DNA of 62,809 nucleotides, filler included, from 6 parts of 6 records of this genome joined end to end with filler, not necessarily neighbours in it; one strand, 5' to 3'; positions 8,288-18,898 are shown, counted from the first letter of the whole stretch. Numbers and translations are program-made. Notes: generated by a model from the letters alone, not told the origin.

Positions 8288-10142
8288 CGATCCAGAGACC
8301 ACCGATCGCCCTGACAAGACCACCCGTCCCGAGAAGAACCCCCGCACTGAGAAGGCCATGACCAAGAACAAGGGTGCCGCGAACAGCGACTCCAGCGATC
8401 CGCTCCGTCCGTCGGACCACGTCGACGGCGACGACTCGATCACCCAGCCGCGGCTCGGGTTCGTCGGCTGGCTGCGCTGGGGGTGGCGTCAGCTGACCTC
8501 GATGCGCACCGCGCTCATCCTGCTGCTCGTGCTCGCGATCGCCGCGATCCCCGGCTCGATCTTCCCGCAGCGGATGGCCGACCCGAACGGCGTCACGCAG
8601 TGGGAGCGCGACAATCCCGACCTCTTCCCGGTGCTCGACGGGCTGAAGCTGTTCGACGTGTACCTGTCGCCGTGGTTCTCGGCGATCTACCTGCTGCTGT
8701 TCGCCTCGCTCGTCGGCTGCGTGATCCCGCGCATCAAGCACCACGCCAAGGCGCTGCGTGCGCGCCCGCCGCGCACCCCCGCGCGACTGCAGCGGCTCGA
8801 GGACTACCGCGCGGTCACTCGGGACCCTGCGGCAGACTCCGGCACGAAGACCGGCGATGCCGAAGCCGAGGCCGCCGCATCGATCGACGTCGCCACGAAA
8901 CAGCTCAAGGCTCTCGGCTACCGTGTGGAGCGCTACGACCGCGGCCGCACGTTCTCGGTCTCCGCGGAGCGCGGCTACTGGCGCGAGACCGGCAATCTGC
9001 TCTTCCACCTCGCGCTCGTGGGGGTGCTGGTCACGGTCGGTATCGGCGGCGGGTTCTCGTACACCGGTCAGCGCGTGCTGGTGGAGGGGGAGACATTCGC
9101 CAACACGCTCCTGGACTACGACTCGATGAACCGCGGACGCTTCGTAAGCGACGGCGCGTTCTCTCCGTACTCGATGCGCCTCGACTCCTTCGACGTGACG
9201 TACCAGCCGTTCGGTGAGCCCGGCTCCGGGCAGGCCGGAGACTTCTCTGCCAACGTCACGGTGCAGGAGAACGGCGAGGAGCGCACCGGCTCCGTCAAGG
9301 TCAACGAGCCCCTCGGTGTCGCCGACGATGACGTGTTCCTCCTCGGCAACGGCTACGCGCCGACCGTGACAGTGCGTGACCCCGAGGGCAACGTGGTGTT
9401 CACCAACAGCACGCCGTTCCTTCCTCAGGACAACAACATGACCTCGCTCGGTGTGCTCAAGGTGCCGGACGGGCTTGCGGAGCAGGTCGGACTCGTCGGG
9501 TTCTTCTACCCGACCACGGGCGTGCTCGAGAGCGGTGCGTTCTTCTCCGCCTACGGCGACCTCACGAACCCGACGCTCACTCTCGACGTGTACACCGGAG
9601 ACCTCGGGATCAACGAGGGGGTGCCGCGTTCCGTCTACGTGCTCGACACCACGGGGATGACCAAGCTCACGGGCCGCACCACCGACGTAGAGTCGATCGA
9701 GCTGGCACCAGGGCAGACCGCACAGCTGCCGAACGGCCTCGGCTCGGTGACCTTCGAGGACGAGTCTCCGGCCGGCGCCGCGGACGCCTCCCAGTCGGTG
9801 AAACGCTTCGCCTCGCTGCAGATCCACCGCGACGAGTCCGGCGTGTGGGTGCTCGGTTTCGCGCTGCTCGCACTCGGCGGTCTCATGATCGCGCTGTTCG
9901 TGCCGCGTCGCCGTGTGTGGGTCAAGGCCACAGCGCACGACGGCGAGATCGCCCTCGAGTACGCCGCGCTCGCCCGAGGCGAGGACCCGACCCTCGCCGC
10001 AGCCGTGGAAGACCTCGTCGCAGGGCACGCCCGACTGCTCGACGCGGCCGGAGGCACCACGGCCCGCCCCACGATCGATGAGACCGCGGACGAGTCCGCC
10101 GAGCCGGAAGCCCCGGCAACCGACACCCGGAAAGTAGACTGA
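8268..10142 (+). CDS. resB: Cytochrome c biogenesis protein ResB (alternative start ATG 8358)
   Basis: LTSMRTAL..LLVLAIAAIPGS, YLSPWFSAIY, GNLLFH and VNEPL motifs. Confidence 0.93.
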   Translation: MSSSRSDDPETTDRPDKTTRPEKNPRTEKAMTKNKGAANSDSSDPLRPSDHVDGDDSITQPRLGFVGWLRWGWRQLTSMRTALILLLVLAIAAIPGSIFPQRMADPNGVTQWERDNPDLFPVLDGLKLFDVYLSPWFSAIYLLLFASLVGCVIPRIKHHAKALRARPPRTPARLQRLEDYRAVTRDPAADSGTKTGDAEAEAAASIDVATKQLKALGYRVERYDRGRTFSVSAERGYWRETGNLLFHLALVGVLVTVGIGGGFSYTGQRVLVEGETFANTLLDYDSMNRGRFVSDGAFSPYSMRLDSFDVTYQPFGEPGSGQAGDFSANVTVQENGEERTGSVKVNEPLGVADDDVFLLGNGYAPTVTVRDPEGNVVFTNSTPFLPQDNNMTSLGVLKVPDGLAEQVGLVGFFYPTTGVLESGAFFSAYGDLTNPTLTLDVYTGDLGINEGVPRSVYVLDTTGMTKLTGRTTDVESIELAPGQTAQLPNGLGSVTFEDESPAGAADASQSVKRFASLQIHRDESGVWVLGFALLALGGLMIALFVPRRRVWVKATAHDGEIALEYAALARGEDPTLAAAVEDLVAGHARLLDAAGGTTARPTIDETADESAEPEAPATDTRKVD

Positions 10143-10146
10143 CACC

Positions 10147-11121
10147 ATGCTCGAGCTCAACGTGATCTCGCCTGTCCTGCTCTGGACGGCGATCGCGATC
10201 TACGCGGCGGCCTTCGTTGCCTACGCCTTCGATCTCGCACGGCGCTCGCAGGCGACAGCCGACGCGCAGAACGTCCGCGAGTCCGTGCTCGTCGGAGCAG
10301 GTGGCGGGGGCGTCGCCGCATCCGCACCCGCGTCCGGTTCCGGTACCGCCCCGCAGCGATTCGTGATGGCCCGGATCGGCACCTCGCTCACGGTGCTCGG
10401 GTTCCTCTTCCACCTCGCCGCTGCGATCACCCGTGGCATCGCGGCCGGACGAGTCCCGTGGGCCAACCTGTACGAGTTCGCCATGATGGGCACGCTGCTC
10501 ATCATCGCGGTGTTCCTCGTCGTGCTCACCCGCATCGACCTGCGGTTCCTCGGCACGTTCATCACGGGCCTCGTCGTGGTGCTGCTCGGCCTCGGGGCGA
10601 CCAACTTCTACGTCGACGTCTCACCGCTGATGGACCCGCTGAAGAGCGTGTGGCTCGTCATCCACGTGTTCGTGGCCTCGCTCGCGACCGCGTTCTTCGC
10701 TCTCGCGTTCGCGCTCTCGGTGATCCAGCTCATGCAGTCGCGCCGCGAGCGACTCCTCGGCGAGAACGCCACGAAGACCGGTCCCGGCTTCCTCCGCACC
10801 TTCCCGAACGCGGTGCGCCTGGAGAGCCTGGCGTACATGTTCACGATCATCGGCTTCATCCTCTGGACCTTCACGCTCATCGCCGGGTCCATCTGGGCCT
10901 ACTACGCCTGGAGCCGCTTCTGGGGCTTCGACGTGAAGGAGACCTGGACCTTCGTGATCTGGGTCATCTACGCCGGATACATCCACGCTCGCGCGACGCG
11001 CGGCTGGCGCGGCAACCCCTCGGCGTGGCTGGCGATCGTCGGCTTCTCGGCCGTGATCTTCAACTTCACGATCGTGAACGTCTTCTTCAAGGGCCTGCAC
11101 GCCTACTCCGGCCTGAGCTGA
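10147..11121 (+). CDS. ccsB: Cytochrome c biogenesis protein CcsB/ResC
   Basis: PWANLYE, WLVIHV, WWD-type domain GSIWAYYAWSRFWGFDVKETW, and GLHAY. Confidence 0.93.
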   Translation: MLELNVISPVLLWTAIAIYAAAFVAYAFDLARRSQATADAQNVRESVLVGAGGGGVAASAPASGSGTAPQRFVMARIGTSLTVLGFLFHLAAAITRGIAAGRVPWANLYEFAMMGTLLIIAVFLVVLTRIDLRFLGTFITGLVVVLLGLGATNFYVDVSPLMDPLKSVWLVIHVFVASLATAFFALAFALSVIQLMQSRRERLLGENATKTGPGFLRTFPNAVRLESLAYMFTIIGFILWTFTLIAGSIWAYYAWSRFWGFDVKETWTFVIWVIYAGYIHARATRGWRGNPSAWLAIVGFSAVIFNFTIVNVFFKGLHAYSGLS

Positions 11122-11171
11122 GCTGAGCTGACCCGTGGTGCCACCAGCGTCGCGGAGACGGCTTACCGGGG

Positions 11172-11762
11172 TCAGCCGCGCAGCGGGATGACCTCGGCGT
11201 GCTCGATGCCGTCCTGGTACCAGACCAGTTCGGCTTCGGTGATCCTCTCGAAAGGCTCGGGCTCGAAGGGTCGTGACTCGGCTTGTGCGAAGCGCGACCA
11301 CTCGGCTCCGTCGAGGGTCTTGCCGTAGAGCACCGACAGGTGGAACGTCCAATCCTCCAGAGGCAGCTCGCCGATACGACGGAAGTCCGCGGCATCCAGT
11401 GCGGCGGTCAGTGACGAATACGCCGACACGAGCGAGGGGCTGCGGGCGAGGCGCACGATCAGGATCTGCCAGGGCACGGGGAACTCGTCGACGGCTTCGG
11501 CGATGACCTCGATCGGGGCCTGCTGCGCTGCCCACGAGCGGATCAGCTCGGTGAGTGCCTCGCGTCGCTCGGGCTCGTAGAACCCTCGCAGTGTGACGTG
11601 CCCGGTGTGCGGGCGCCGTGCCGGGACGCCGAGGCGGGAGACGGCGGCATCCTGGACATCGCGATAGACCGTGCCGACCGCCGCGGTGGGCCGGAGCACG
11701 AGGTACTGCTGTCCCTCCAGGCTCGCGAGTTGGTCGGGGGTGTCCATGAACGGCCGGCGCAT
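11172..11762 (-). CDS. 2H phosphoesterase (2'-5' RNA ligase superfamily) protein
   Basis: Two HxT/S motifs, GHVTL and FHLSV. -10 TAGGCT lies 6 nt before ATG 11762. Confidence 0.8.
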   Translation of the reverse strand: MRRPFMDTPDQLASLEGQQYLVLRPTAAVGTVYRDVQDAAVSRLGVPARRPHTGHVTLRGFYEPERREALTELIRSWAAQQAPIEVIAEAVDEFPVPWQILIVRLARSPSLVSAYSSLTAALDAADFRRIGELPLEDWTFHLSVLYGKTLDGAEWSRFAQAESRPFEPEPFERITEAELVWYQDGIEHAEVIPLRG

Positions 11763-11882
11763 GTCAGGAGCCTAGGACGCGTCGTGAGGATGCGAAACCG
11801 GAGGCTGACACACGAACGGCCCGGTGCGTCATACTTCGACGCGCCGGGCCGGCGTGGATGGTCTTCGCTGCGGGGCGAGGAG

Positions 11883-13856
11883 TCAGGCCGTGGCGAGGAC
11901 CGCCTTGGCCGAGGTCGTGCGCCGCAGCGTCACGGCGAGGGTCGTGGCCACGAGAGACAGCACGCCCCAGACGACCAGAGCGGCGACCGCCGAGCCGCTG
12001 GCGGTGATCAACCCCGCGAAGGCCGGAGCCGTCGGGAGGGCGGCCCCGATACCGGCGAGCCAGCCGGGCACCGTCGAGACCAGACCCGTCGCGACCGCGA
12101 GCACTCCGACCAGGGCCGAGATCCAGCGTCCGATCCCGCCGAACAGGGCGACGAGCGCCTGGTTCACGGCGGCGAACACGACACCGGCGAGCACAGCGGT
12201 ACCTGCGAAGGCCCACCAGGTGCCGGCGTCGTAGCTCGCCACGACCTGCACGATCAGCGACACCAGCAGTCCCTGACCCGCGCCGATCAGTGCCGCGGGA
12301 GCGAACGCCCGCAGCGTCAGAGTCGCCGACGACCGGCGAGAGGTGAGCGTGCGTGCCGTGTGGGCGCGCATCACCACGAAGGTCGCGAGTCCGCCGAACC
12401 AGAGCACCACCGCAGCGAGCAGCGGGATGGCGGTCGGGCCGAAGATCGTGTTCATCGACGAGTTCGACGACACCGGGTCTGCGATCACCGAGGCGAGAGA
12501 CTTCGACTCGGTGTCGCTGAACGAGGGGAGCGAATCGGATGCCGTGCGCAGCCCGCCGGCGAGGTCACCCGTACCGGTCGCCAGGGTGTCGAGCCCGGTC
12601 GTGAGCTCGGTGGCACCATCGGCGAGAGCGGTCGCTCCGCTGGAGAGCTGGGTCGCACCGGACGCGAGGCCACGGGCTCCGGCGGCGGATGCGCCGATGC
12701 CCTGGTCTGCGAGCTGAGTGAGGCCGGAGGACAGCTGGGTGGCGCCCGCACCGGCCTGCGTCATGCTGGACGCAAGAGTGCTGAAGGTGCCGGGGAGGGC
12801 AGCGACGCCACCGGCGACCTTCTCGTTGTTGAGGGTGCCGGACGCGGTTCCTGCACTCTGGGCCACCGCACCCGCATCGGATGCGAGGGAGGTGAACAGA
12901 TCGCACTGCGCCTGGTCCCTCACCGGGGTTGCGCATGCCGTCTGCTGCAGCGTCCCCAGCCGTCCCGCCAGGGCCAGCGAGCCGTCGGCCGCCGACTTCG
13001 CCGATGCCGAGGCGCCTTGGATCGCACCGACCAGCTCTTGCGTGCCGCCGATGTTCTGCTGCAGCGCGGCACCGCCGGCCGTCAGCCCGGATCCGATCTG
13101 CGCCGCACCTGCCGCGGCCTCACGCGTCTTGCCCGCGATCGTGTCGAGGCCCGAGGCGAGCGACGACGCACCCGTCCCGAGCTCACCTGCCCCGGAGGCC
13201 AGCTTCGTGGCGCCGTCAGGGATCGCGGCGGCTCCGGTGGCGGCATCCCGCGCCCCGCTCGCGAGCTTCAGCGCGCCGTCTGCCGCATCGCCGATCTGGT
13301 CGCCGATGGTGGTGAAACCGACCAGGATGTTCTCGGTCGTCGCCTCGGAGAGCATCGTGCCCATGGTCGACGCGGCGACATCGGCGAGCTGACCCGTGAT
13401 GAGGTCGTCGGCGACGAGTCCGTCCTTCGGCGTGGTCACCGTGATGGTGGCCTGCTCGGCCTTGCCTCCGCCGTCGGAGATCGCGGTGCCGGCCGAGGTG
13501 GCCGCGGTCGAGAAGTCCTCGGGGATCGTGATGACGGCCTGGTAGGAGCCGTCGGCGAGTCCGTCGGCCGCGTCGTCCTTGTTCGAGATCACCCAGGTGA
13601 GGTTCGAGTCGAGATCGTCCGACCCCTCCACGAGACCCGCGGCGAGCTGGCGCCCGAGCGGAGTCATCTGCCCGTCGATGGTCACGGGCTCGTCGAGATT
13701 GACGATGGCCGCGGTCATGGAGTCGAGGCGCTCCGTCGGGTTCTGCAGGGCCGCGACCAGGATGCCGCCGACCGCCGCCGGCAGCAGTAGCACGCCGAGG
13801 ATGGTCAGCCACGTGATGGGCTTGCGGGAGCGCGCGCGCTCGATGGGGAGGGTCAT
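11883..13856 (-). CDS. YhgE/Pip family membrane protein
   Basis: N-terminal TM plus AAIVNLDEP, ITIPEDFS, GAxxLxxG heptad repeats and C-terminal TM bundle. ATGA overlap with the MMPL stop. Confidence 0.88.
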   Translation of the reverse strand: MTLPIERARSRKPITWLTILGVLLLPAAVGGILVAALQNPTERLDSMTAAIVNLDEPVTIDGQMTPLGRQLAAGLVEGSDDLDSNLTWVISNKDDAADGLADGSYQAVITIPEDFSTAATSAGTAISDGGGKAEQATITVTTPKDGLVADDLITGQLADVAASTMGTMLSEATTENILVGFTTIGDQIGDAADGALKLASGARDAATGAAAIPDGATKLASGAGELGTGASSLASGLDTIAGKTREAAAGAAQIGSGLTAGGAALQQNIGGTQELVGAIQGASASAKSAADGSLALAGRLGTLQQTACATPVRDQAQCDLFTSLASDAGAVAQSAGTASGTLNNEKVAGGVAALPGTFSTLASSMTQAGAGATQLSSGLTQLADQGIGASAAGARGLASGATQLSSGATALADGATELTTGLDTLATGTGDLAGGLRTASDSLPSFSDTESKSLASVIADPVSSNSSMNTIFGPTAIPLLAAVVLWFGGLATFVVMRAHTARTLTSRRSSATLTLRAFAPAALIGAGQGLLVSLIVQVVASYDAGTWWAFAGTAVLAGVVFAAVNQALVALFGGIGRWISALVGVLAVATGLVSTVPGWLAGIGAALPTAPAFAGLITASGSAVAALVVWGVLSLVATTLAVTLRRTTSAKAVLATA

Positions 13857-16654
13857 GCGGTCACCTCGGTGGATTCTGCGGCGCTCCGGCGAGGAGCACG
13901 CGTGTCGAGAGTCTGTGCGTCGGGCCATCCGGCCTCGGCGAGGGTGGTCCGTGCCGAATCGGCGTCGGAGGCAGTGGCGAACACCGCGAGCGTGCGGGAG
14001 GCCGCGGCATCGCGCAACATCGCCGTCGCCTGGTCGCGCTGTCCGCCGCTCAGGCGGTCGATCCCGCCGATCACGACGATCTGCGACTTTCCGCGCAGGG
14101 CTTCGGCGAGGTCGCCGAGCGCGGCATCCGCATCGTCGACCAGTACGCAGCCGACGTGAGAGCGCACCCAGGCGGCGCGTCCGGGGAGCAGGTGCCCCGC
14201 GACTCTGAGCTTGCCGTCCGCGGGGGTCAGGCGTCCCGCGATCGTCAGGGCCAGAGCCCGGCGGGTGCGCACGTCGCCACCGGTCGCGATCACGGCACCG
14301 CCCTCGGGGATCCGCACCGAGAGACCCTCGATGAGCGGCGCATCGGCGCTGATCTCGAGGTCGTCGGCGGCGACGATCGACCCGTCGCCCGGCCATGCGG
14401 CCAGGTGTCGTTCGCGTTCGACGGCCTCGCCCTCGACGTCGACGCGGGGGAGGATCTTCTCCAGCCAGCGCGGGAGCTCCCAGGCACGTTCGCCCAGGAT
14501 CGCCATGAGCGCGGGGATCAGCGTCATCCGCACCAGGAAGGCGTCGAAGGCGATGCCGGCGGCGAGGCCGAGCGCGATCGGCTTGAGCGACGAGTCGCCC
14601 TCGGGGACGAACGCGACGAACACCGCGAACATGATGAGCCCGGCTGCGGTCACGACCTTCGCCGAGCCGGTGAAACCGCTGCGCACGGCCCGGAGCGCGG
14701 CGGCCCGCCGGGTGGCACGGTTCGGGCTCGTCGCATCCTTGTCGTGCACGAAGTCCTCGCGCATGCGGGAGACGAGGAAGACCTGGTAGTCCATGGCCAG
14801 ACCGAACAGCACGCCCATCAGGATGATCGGCATGAAGCTGATGATGGGCCCGACCTTGGCGACGTGCAGCAGGTCGGCGAACCATCCCCATTCGAACACC
14901 GCCCCGACCACGCCGAAGGCGGCGACGATCGAGAGCAGGTATCCGGCCGCAGCCGTGATCGGCACCCACAGCGAGCGGAACACGATGGTCAGCAGGATCA
15001 GCGAGAGGCCGATCACGAAGATGCCGAACGGCAGCAGCGCGTTGCCGAGCTGGTCGGAGATGTCGATCCCGACGGCGGTGAAGCCGGTGACCTTGAGGTC
15101 GATGCCGAACTCGTCGAGCCACTCGTCGTGGTGGCTGCGCAGCTCACGCACGAGGTCGGCCGTCGCCGGATCGTCGGGTGCGGTCTCGGGGATGATCTGC
15201 ACGATGCCGGTGTCGGCGGTCTCGTTCGGCGTCGCGAGGGCGACCTCCTTCACGCCGGGGACCTTCGCGACCGCGTCGCCGAGGTCTTCCATCAGAGTGA
15301 GCGGGTCGGTGGAGGTGACGATCGTGCCGGTGAGGATCAGCGGACCGTTGAACCCGGGTCCGAACTGCTCGCCGACGAGGTCGTAGTTCTGCCGGGCTTC
15401 GGCGTCCTTCGGCAGCACGCCGGCGTTGGGGAGGGCGAGGTCGAGGCTCAGCGCGGGCACGGCCACGATCCCGAGTCCGAGGACGACGGCGAGCGACACC
15501 AGCACCGGGTGCTTCATGACGCCGCCGACCCAGCGGGCGCTGCCCTTCGCCGGGGCCGTGACGGGCTTCGGCTCCTCCGACGCATCGGATGCCGCGCTCT
15601 TCTTCGTCTTCGGCGCCTTGACCTTCTTCGGGCGACCGACGACCTTGCCCTTCATGAATCCGAGCAGAGCGGGGGTCAGGGTGACGGCGATCGCGACGGC
15701 GACGGCGACGGCGGCGGAGGCCGCGATACCCATGGTGGTGAGGAACGGGATGCCGGCGAAGCCGAGGCCGATCAGTGCGATGAGCACGGTGACGCCGGCG
15801 AAGACGACGGCCGATCCGGCGGTACCGACGGCACGGGATGCCGATTCCTCCGGATCCACGCCCTCTCGCACCTGGTCCTGATGTCGCGCCATGATGAACA
15901 GCGCGTAGTCGATGCCGACCGCGAGTCCCAGCATGAGCGCCAGCAGCGGGGTGGTCGAGGAGACGGTGGCGAAGGCGGTCGCGGTGAAGATGCCGGCCAT
16001 CGAGATGCCCACGCCGAGGATCGCGGTGAGCAGGGGGAGCCCGGCCACCACGAATGAACGGAACGTGACGATGAGCACGAGGAGCGCGATGAGGAGCCCG
16101 ACCGCCTCGGTGAGGGTGACGCCGGGGATCGAGATCGCGAAGAGGTCGCCGCCGAGCGAGGTCTGCGAGCCGGAAGGAAGCACGCCGTCGAGGTCGCTCA
16201 CGGTCGAGCGCAGCGCATCCTTCGTCGTGTCCGAGACGTCGGTGGCCTCGCCGTCGAACTGCACGCGCACGATGGCCGCCGTGTCGTCCTCGTTGATCAT
16301 GCCCTTGACCATCTCGTCGTAGGGCGAGGTGGCGGCGAGCACGCCGTCGAGGTCGCCCAGCTCGTCGACGGCGTCCTCGATGTGTTCGCGGTAGCCGTCA
16401 TCCGTGATCTTGTCGCCGTCGGCGGCGACCACGATGAACTGCGCATTCGTGCCGCTCACCTGCGGGAACGAACGGGAGAGCTGCTCGAGACCGGCCTGCG
16501 ATTCGGTTCCGGGGATGGAGAACGTGTTGTCTGTTCCCGCTCCCAGCACGAGTGCCCCGGCGCCGGCGATGCCGAGCGCGAGCAGCCAGGACACGAGGAC
16601 TCGCCACGGGTGCCGGAAGGACCAGCGTCCGAGCGAGGACAGGAGTGTGGACAC
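13853..16654 (-). CDS. MMPL/RND family transporter with C-terminal degenerate ABC-ATPase-like extension
   Basis: GLAVGIDYALF, GTAGSAVVFAG and FGLAMDYQVFLVSR motifs. GTG start (VSTLLS) after GGAGGA. Confidence 0.92.
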   Translation of the reverse strand: MSTLLSSLGRWSFRHPWRVLVSWLLALGIAGAGALVLGAGTDNTFSIPGTESQAGLEQLSRSFPQVSGTNAQFIVVAADGDKITDDGYREHIEDAVDELGDLDGVLAATSPYDEMVKGMINEDDTAAIVRVQFDGEATDVSDTTKDALRSTVSDLDGVLPSGSQTSLGGDLFAISIPGVTLTEAVGLLIALLVLIVTFRSFVVAGLPLLTAILGVGISMAGIFTATAFATVSSTTPLLALMLGLAVGIDYALFIMARHQDQVREGVDPEESASRAVGTAGSAVVFAGVTVLIALIGLGFAGIPFLTTMGIAASAAVAVAVAIAVTLTPALLGFMKGKVVGRPKKVKAPKTKKSAASDASEEPKPVTAPAKGSARWVGGVMKHPVLVSLAVVLGLGIVAVPALSLDLALPNAGVLPKDAEARQNYDLVGEQFGPGFNGPLILTGTIVTSTDPLTLMEDLGDAVAKVPGVKEVALATPNETADTGIVQIIPETAPDDPATADLVRELRSHHDEWLDEFGIDLKVTGFTAVGIDISDQLGNALLPFGIFVIGLSLILLTIVFRSLWVPITAAAGYLLSIVAAFGVVGAVFEWGWFADLLHVAKVGPIISFMPIILMGVLFGLAMDYQVFLVSRMREDFVHDKDATSPNRATRRAAALRAVRSGFTGSAKVVTAAGLIMFAVFVAFVPEGDSSLKPIALGLAAGIAFDAFLVRMTLIPALMAILGERAWELPRWLEKILPRVDVEGEAVERERHLAAWPGDGSIVAADDLEISADAPLIEGLSVRIPEGGAVIATGGDVRTRRALALTIAGRLTPADGKLRVAGHLLPGRAAWVRSHVGCVLVDDADAALGDLAEALRGKSQIVVIGGIDRLSGGQRDQATAMLRDAAASRTLAVFATASDADSARTTLAEAGWPDAQTLDTRAPRRSAAESTEVTA

Positions 16655-16678
16655 GCGATCCTCCGAGGGGTGCGGGGT

Positions 16679-16713
16679 GGATACACAGGTGTATCCGATA
16701 CATAGATGTATCG
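16679..16713. promoter_or_regulatory. Two tandem palindromic operators, probable TetR sites
   Basis: GGATACAC-AG-GTGTATCC and CGATACAT-AG-ATGTATCG, both perfect 8-2-8 inverted repeats, between divergent MMPL and TetR genes. Confidence 0.8.
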
Positions 16714-16785
16714 TAAGGTGACCCGCCCGGCCAAGCCTGTGTGCGGGGTGTGAATCATGCGAGAGTGAAGGGTCAGGAGGTTTCG

Positions 16786-17409
16786 ATGTCGACACCCGCA
16801 ACCCGCAGCCGTGAGAACACGCGTGCCCGTCTGCTCGAAGCGGCGGCGCAGGTCTTCGCCGAGGTCGGGCTCGACGGAGCGTCGGTCGAAGCGGTCTGCG
16901 AGCGAGCCGGTTTCACCCGCGGTGCGTTCTACTCGAACTTCGAGTCCAAGGACGAGCTGTTCCTCATGCTCGCCGCCAGCGTCTCCGAGGTGCGCGTGAA
17001 CGCGGTGCGCACCCGTGTCGAGGAGCTGACCGCCGCCGGTGCCCTCGTCGAGGGGTGCGATCCGATCGATCTCGTGCAGCAGATCATGGAGCTCGGCGGA
17101 GACGACCGCCTCGGAGTCATGCTGCTCAGCGAGATCCGCATCCGTGCCCTGCGCGACGCGAGGTTCGGCGAGGCGTATCTCGCCCAAGAGCGCGAGATGG
17201 TCTCGAGCATCGCGCAGATCGTCGACGACATCATCTCGGCGGGCCTGCTGCGGCTGCGGCTGCCTGCCGAGATCGCCGCGCGCATGCTCATGATCATCTG
17301 GGAGGGCATGACCGTGCGAGGGGCGATGGCCGGCCAGGACGACGCGCAGCTTCGGCACTCCGGTGGCGAGGAGCTCGGCCGTCTGGTGCAGCTGCTCATC
17401 GAGCCGTAG
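16786..17409 (+). CDS. TetR/AcrR family regulator
   Basis: AGFTRGAFYSNFESKDELF HTH; CAGGAGG RBS. Confidence 0.92.
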   Translation: MSTPATRSRENTRARLLEAAAQVFAEVGLDGASVEAVCERAGFTRGAFYSNFESKDELFLMLAASVSEVRVNAVRTRVEELTAAGALVEGCDPIDLVQQIMELGGDDRLGVMLLSEIRIRALRDARFGEAYLAQEREMVSSIAQIVDDIISAGLLRLRLPAEIAARMLMIIWEGMTVRGAMAGQDDAQLRHSGGEELGRLVQLLIEP

Positions 17410-18820
17410 TCGGCGTCGCCGTGCCCCGAGCCCTCGAGGTCTGACGGCTCGCTGCGAGGGAGAGCAGTGCGGCACCGGCCAGGAGCGCAGCCGTCACGAG
17501 GAACGTCACCTTCAGTGCTGCGGTGAGCGCCTCCGGAGACGCGGTCGCGATCTCTGTTGCGCCGGAGGCTGCGGCGAAGAGTGCCGCGAGCACGGAGGCG
17601 CCAGTGACGAGCCCGAGGTTGCGGGACAGGCCGAGCAATCCTGACGTCACACCGCGATGCTCTGTCGGCGTCGCACTCAGGACTCCGGTGTTGTTCGCCG
17701 CCAGGAACAGCTGGTACCCGGGGGCGAGCAGCACAGTGCCCGTGATGTATCCGATGAGCCCCCACCAGGAGGGCAGCAACGCGAGCGCGAGGGCTCCGAC
17801 GACCATGGCCGAGAGCCCCGCCGTGGTCATGAGCCGCGTGCCGAACCGGTCGACCACGCGGCCGGCGATCACCCCGGTGCAGATGGAGGCGAGCGGTCCC
17901 GCGGCCATGGTCGCCCCGATCGCGGCCGGAGCGAGGTGCAGCCCTCCCGCGAGGAAGAACGGGCCGACCACGAGAGTGCTCATCATGACCGTGCCCACGA
18001 TCAGGTTGAGCACCGCCCCGATCGAGATGTCGCGATTGCGGAGCAGAGCCGGCGGCAGGAGCGCATGGGAAGCGCGGGCTTCCCGGAGCGCGAACAGAGC
18101 GGCGGTGACGATCGCGCCGCCGAGGAGCGGCATCGTCGGCCAGGATCCGTCGGCACCGGGCGAGGTCACGCCGAGCGTGTAGAAGGTGACGGCCGCCGTC
18201 AGCAGCAGCACGCCGCCGACGTCGAATCCGCGTCGGGGCCCGCTCGCCGCGGAAGTATCGCGATCGGTCATGCCGGTCAGAACCGCGACCAGCACGCCGA
18301 GCGGCGCCATTGCTGCGAAGATCGCCGGCCACCCCGCCACCGTGATCAGGAGGCCGCCGAGCGCGGGGCCTGAGGCGGTGCCCACTGCGGCCGTCGTCCC
18401 CAGCAGGCCCATGACACGTCCGAGGCGCTCCGGCGCGACCATGTCGCGGGCACGGGCGAGAGGGAGCGCCATCATCACGGCAGCGCCGACACCCTGCAGA
18501 GCGCGGGCGCCGATCAGCACCCCCAGCGTCGGAGCGAGCGCGCAGAGCACGGCAGCGAGGGTGAAGATGACGATGCCGATCCCCAGGATGCGTCTTCGCC
18601 CGAGGAGGTCGCCCAGGTATCCCACCGTGAGGCTGGTCGCTGTCATCGCCAGCAGGTACGCGAGCGCCACCCACTGTGTCTGGGAGAAGGTGCCATCCAG
18701 GTCTCGGGCGATCGTGGGGAGCGCCACGTTGGCGGCGCTGGTGCCGAGGGACGCGACCAGCACGCTGAGAGCGAGCCCGGCCGTGCCTGAGCGAAGGGGG
18801 GAAGTCGTGGTCACGGTCAT
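17396..18820 (-). CDS. MFS drug:H+ antiporter (DHA2, 14-TMS)
   Basis: NVALPTI, GYLGDLLGRRR (motif A), ARALQGVGAA and GPALGG motifs. Overlaps the TetR stop convergently by 14 nt. Confidence 0.88.
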   Translation of the reverse strand: MTVTTTSPLRSGTAGLALSVLVASLGTSAANVALPTIARDLDGTFSQTQWVALAYLLAMTATSLTVGYLGDLLGRRRILGIGIVIFTLAAVLCALAPTLGVLIGARALQGVGAAVMMALPLARARDMVAPERLGRVMGLLGTTAAVGTASGPALGGLLITVAGWPAIFAAMAPLGVLVAVLTGMTDRDTSAASGPRRGFDVGGVLLLTAAVTFYTLGVTSPGADGSWPTMPLLGGAIVTAALFALREARASHALLPPALLRNRDISIGAVLNLIVGTVMMSTLVVGPFFLAGGLHLAPAAIGATMAAGPLASICTGVIAGRVVDRFGTRLMTTAGLSAMVVGALALALLPSWWGLIGYITGTVLLAPGYQLFLAANNTGVLSATPTEHRGVTSGLLGLSRNLGLVTGASVLAALFAAASGATEIATASPEALTAALKVTFLVTAALLAGAALLSLAASRQTSRARGTATPTTAR

Positions 18821-18898
18821 GTCCTCAGCATCGATCGCGTCTTCACTGAACAGCAACACGAGTTGCCGAAAGCGGGATGGCAGTGATGGGATGAGGCC

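Noticed and set aside
11113-11131. CTGAG tandem repeat at the ccsB stop
   Set aside because: Only about four units, at and after the stop codon, with no evident effect on the frame.
12540-13320. Repetitive sequence inside YhgE/Pip
   Set aside because: Explained by the GAxxLxxG heptad repeats normal for this family. It is not a DNA array.
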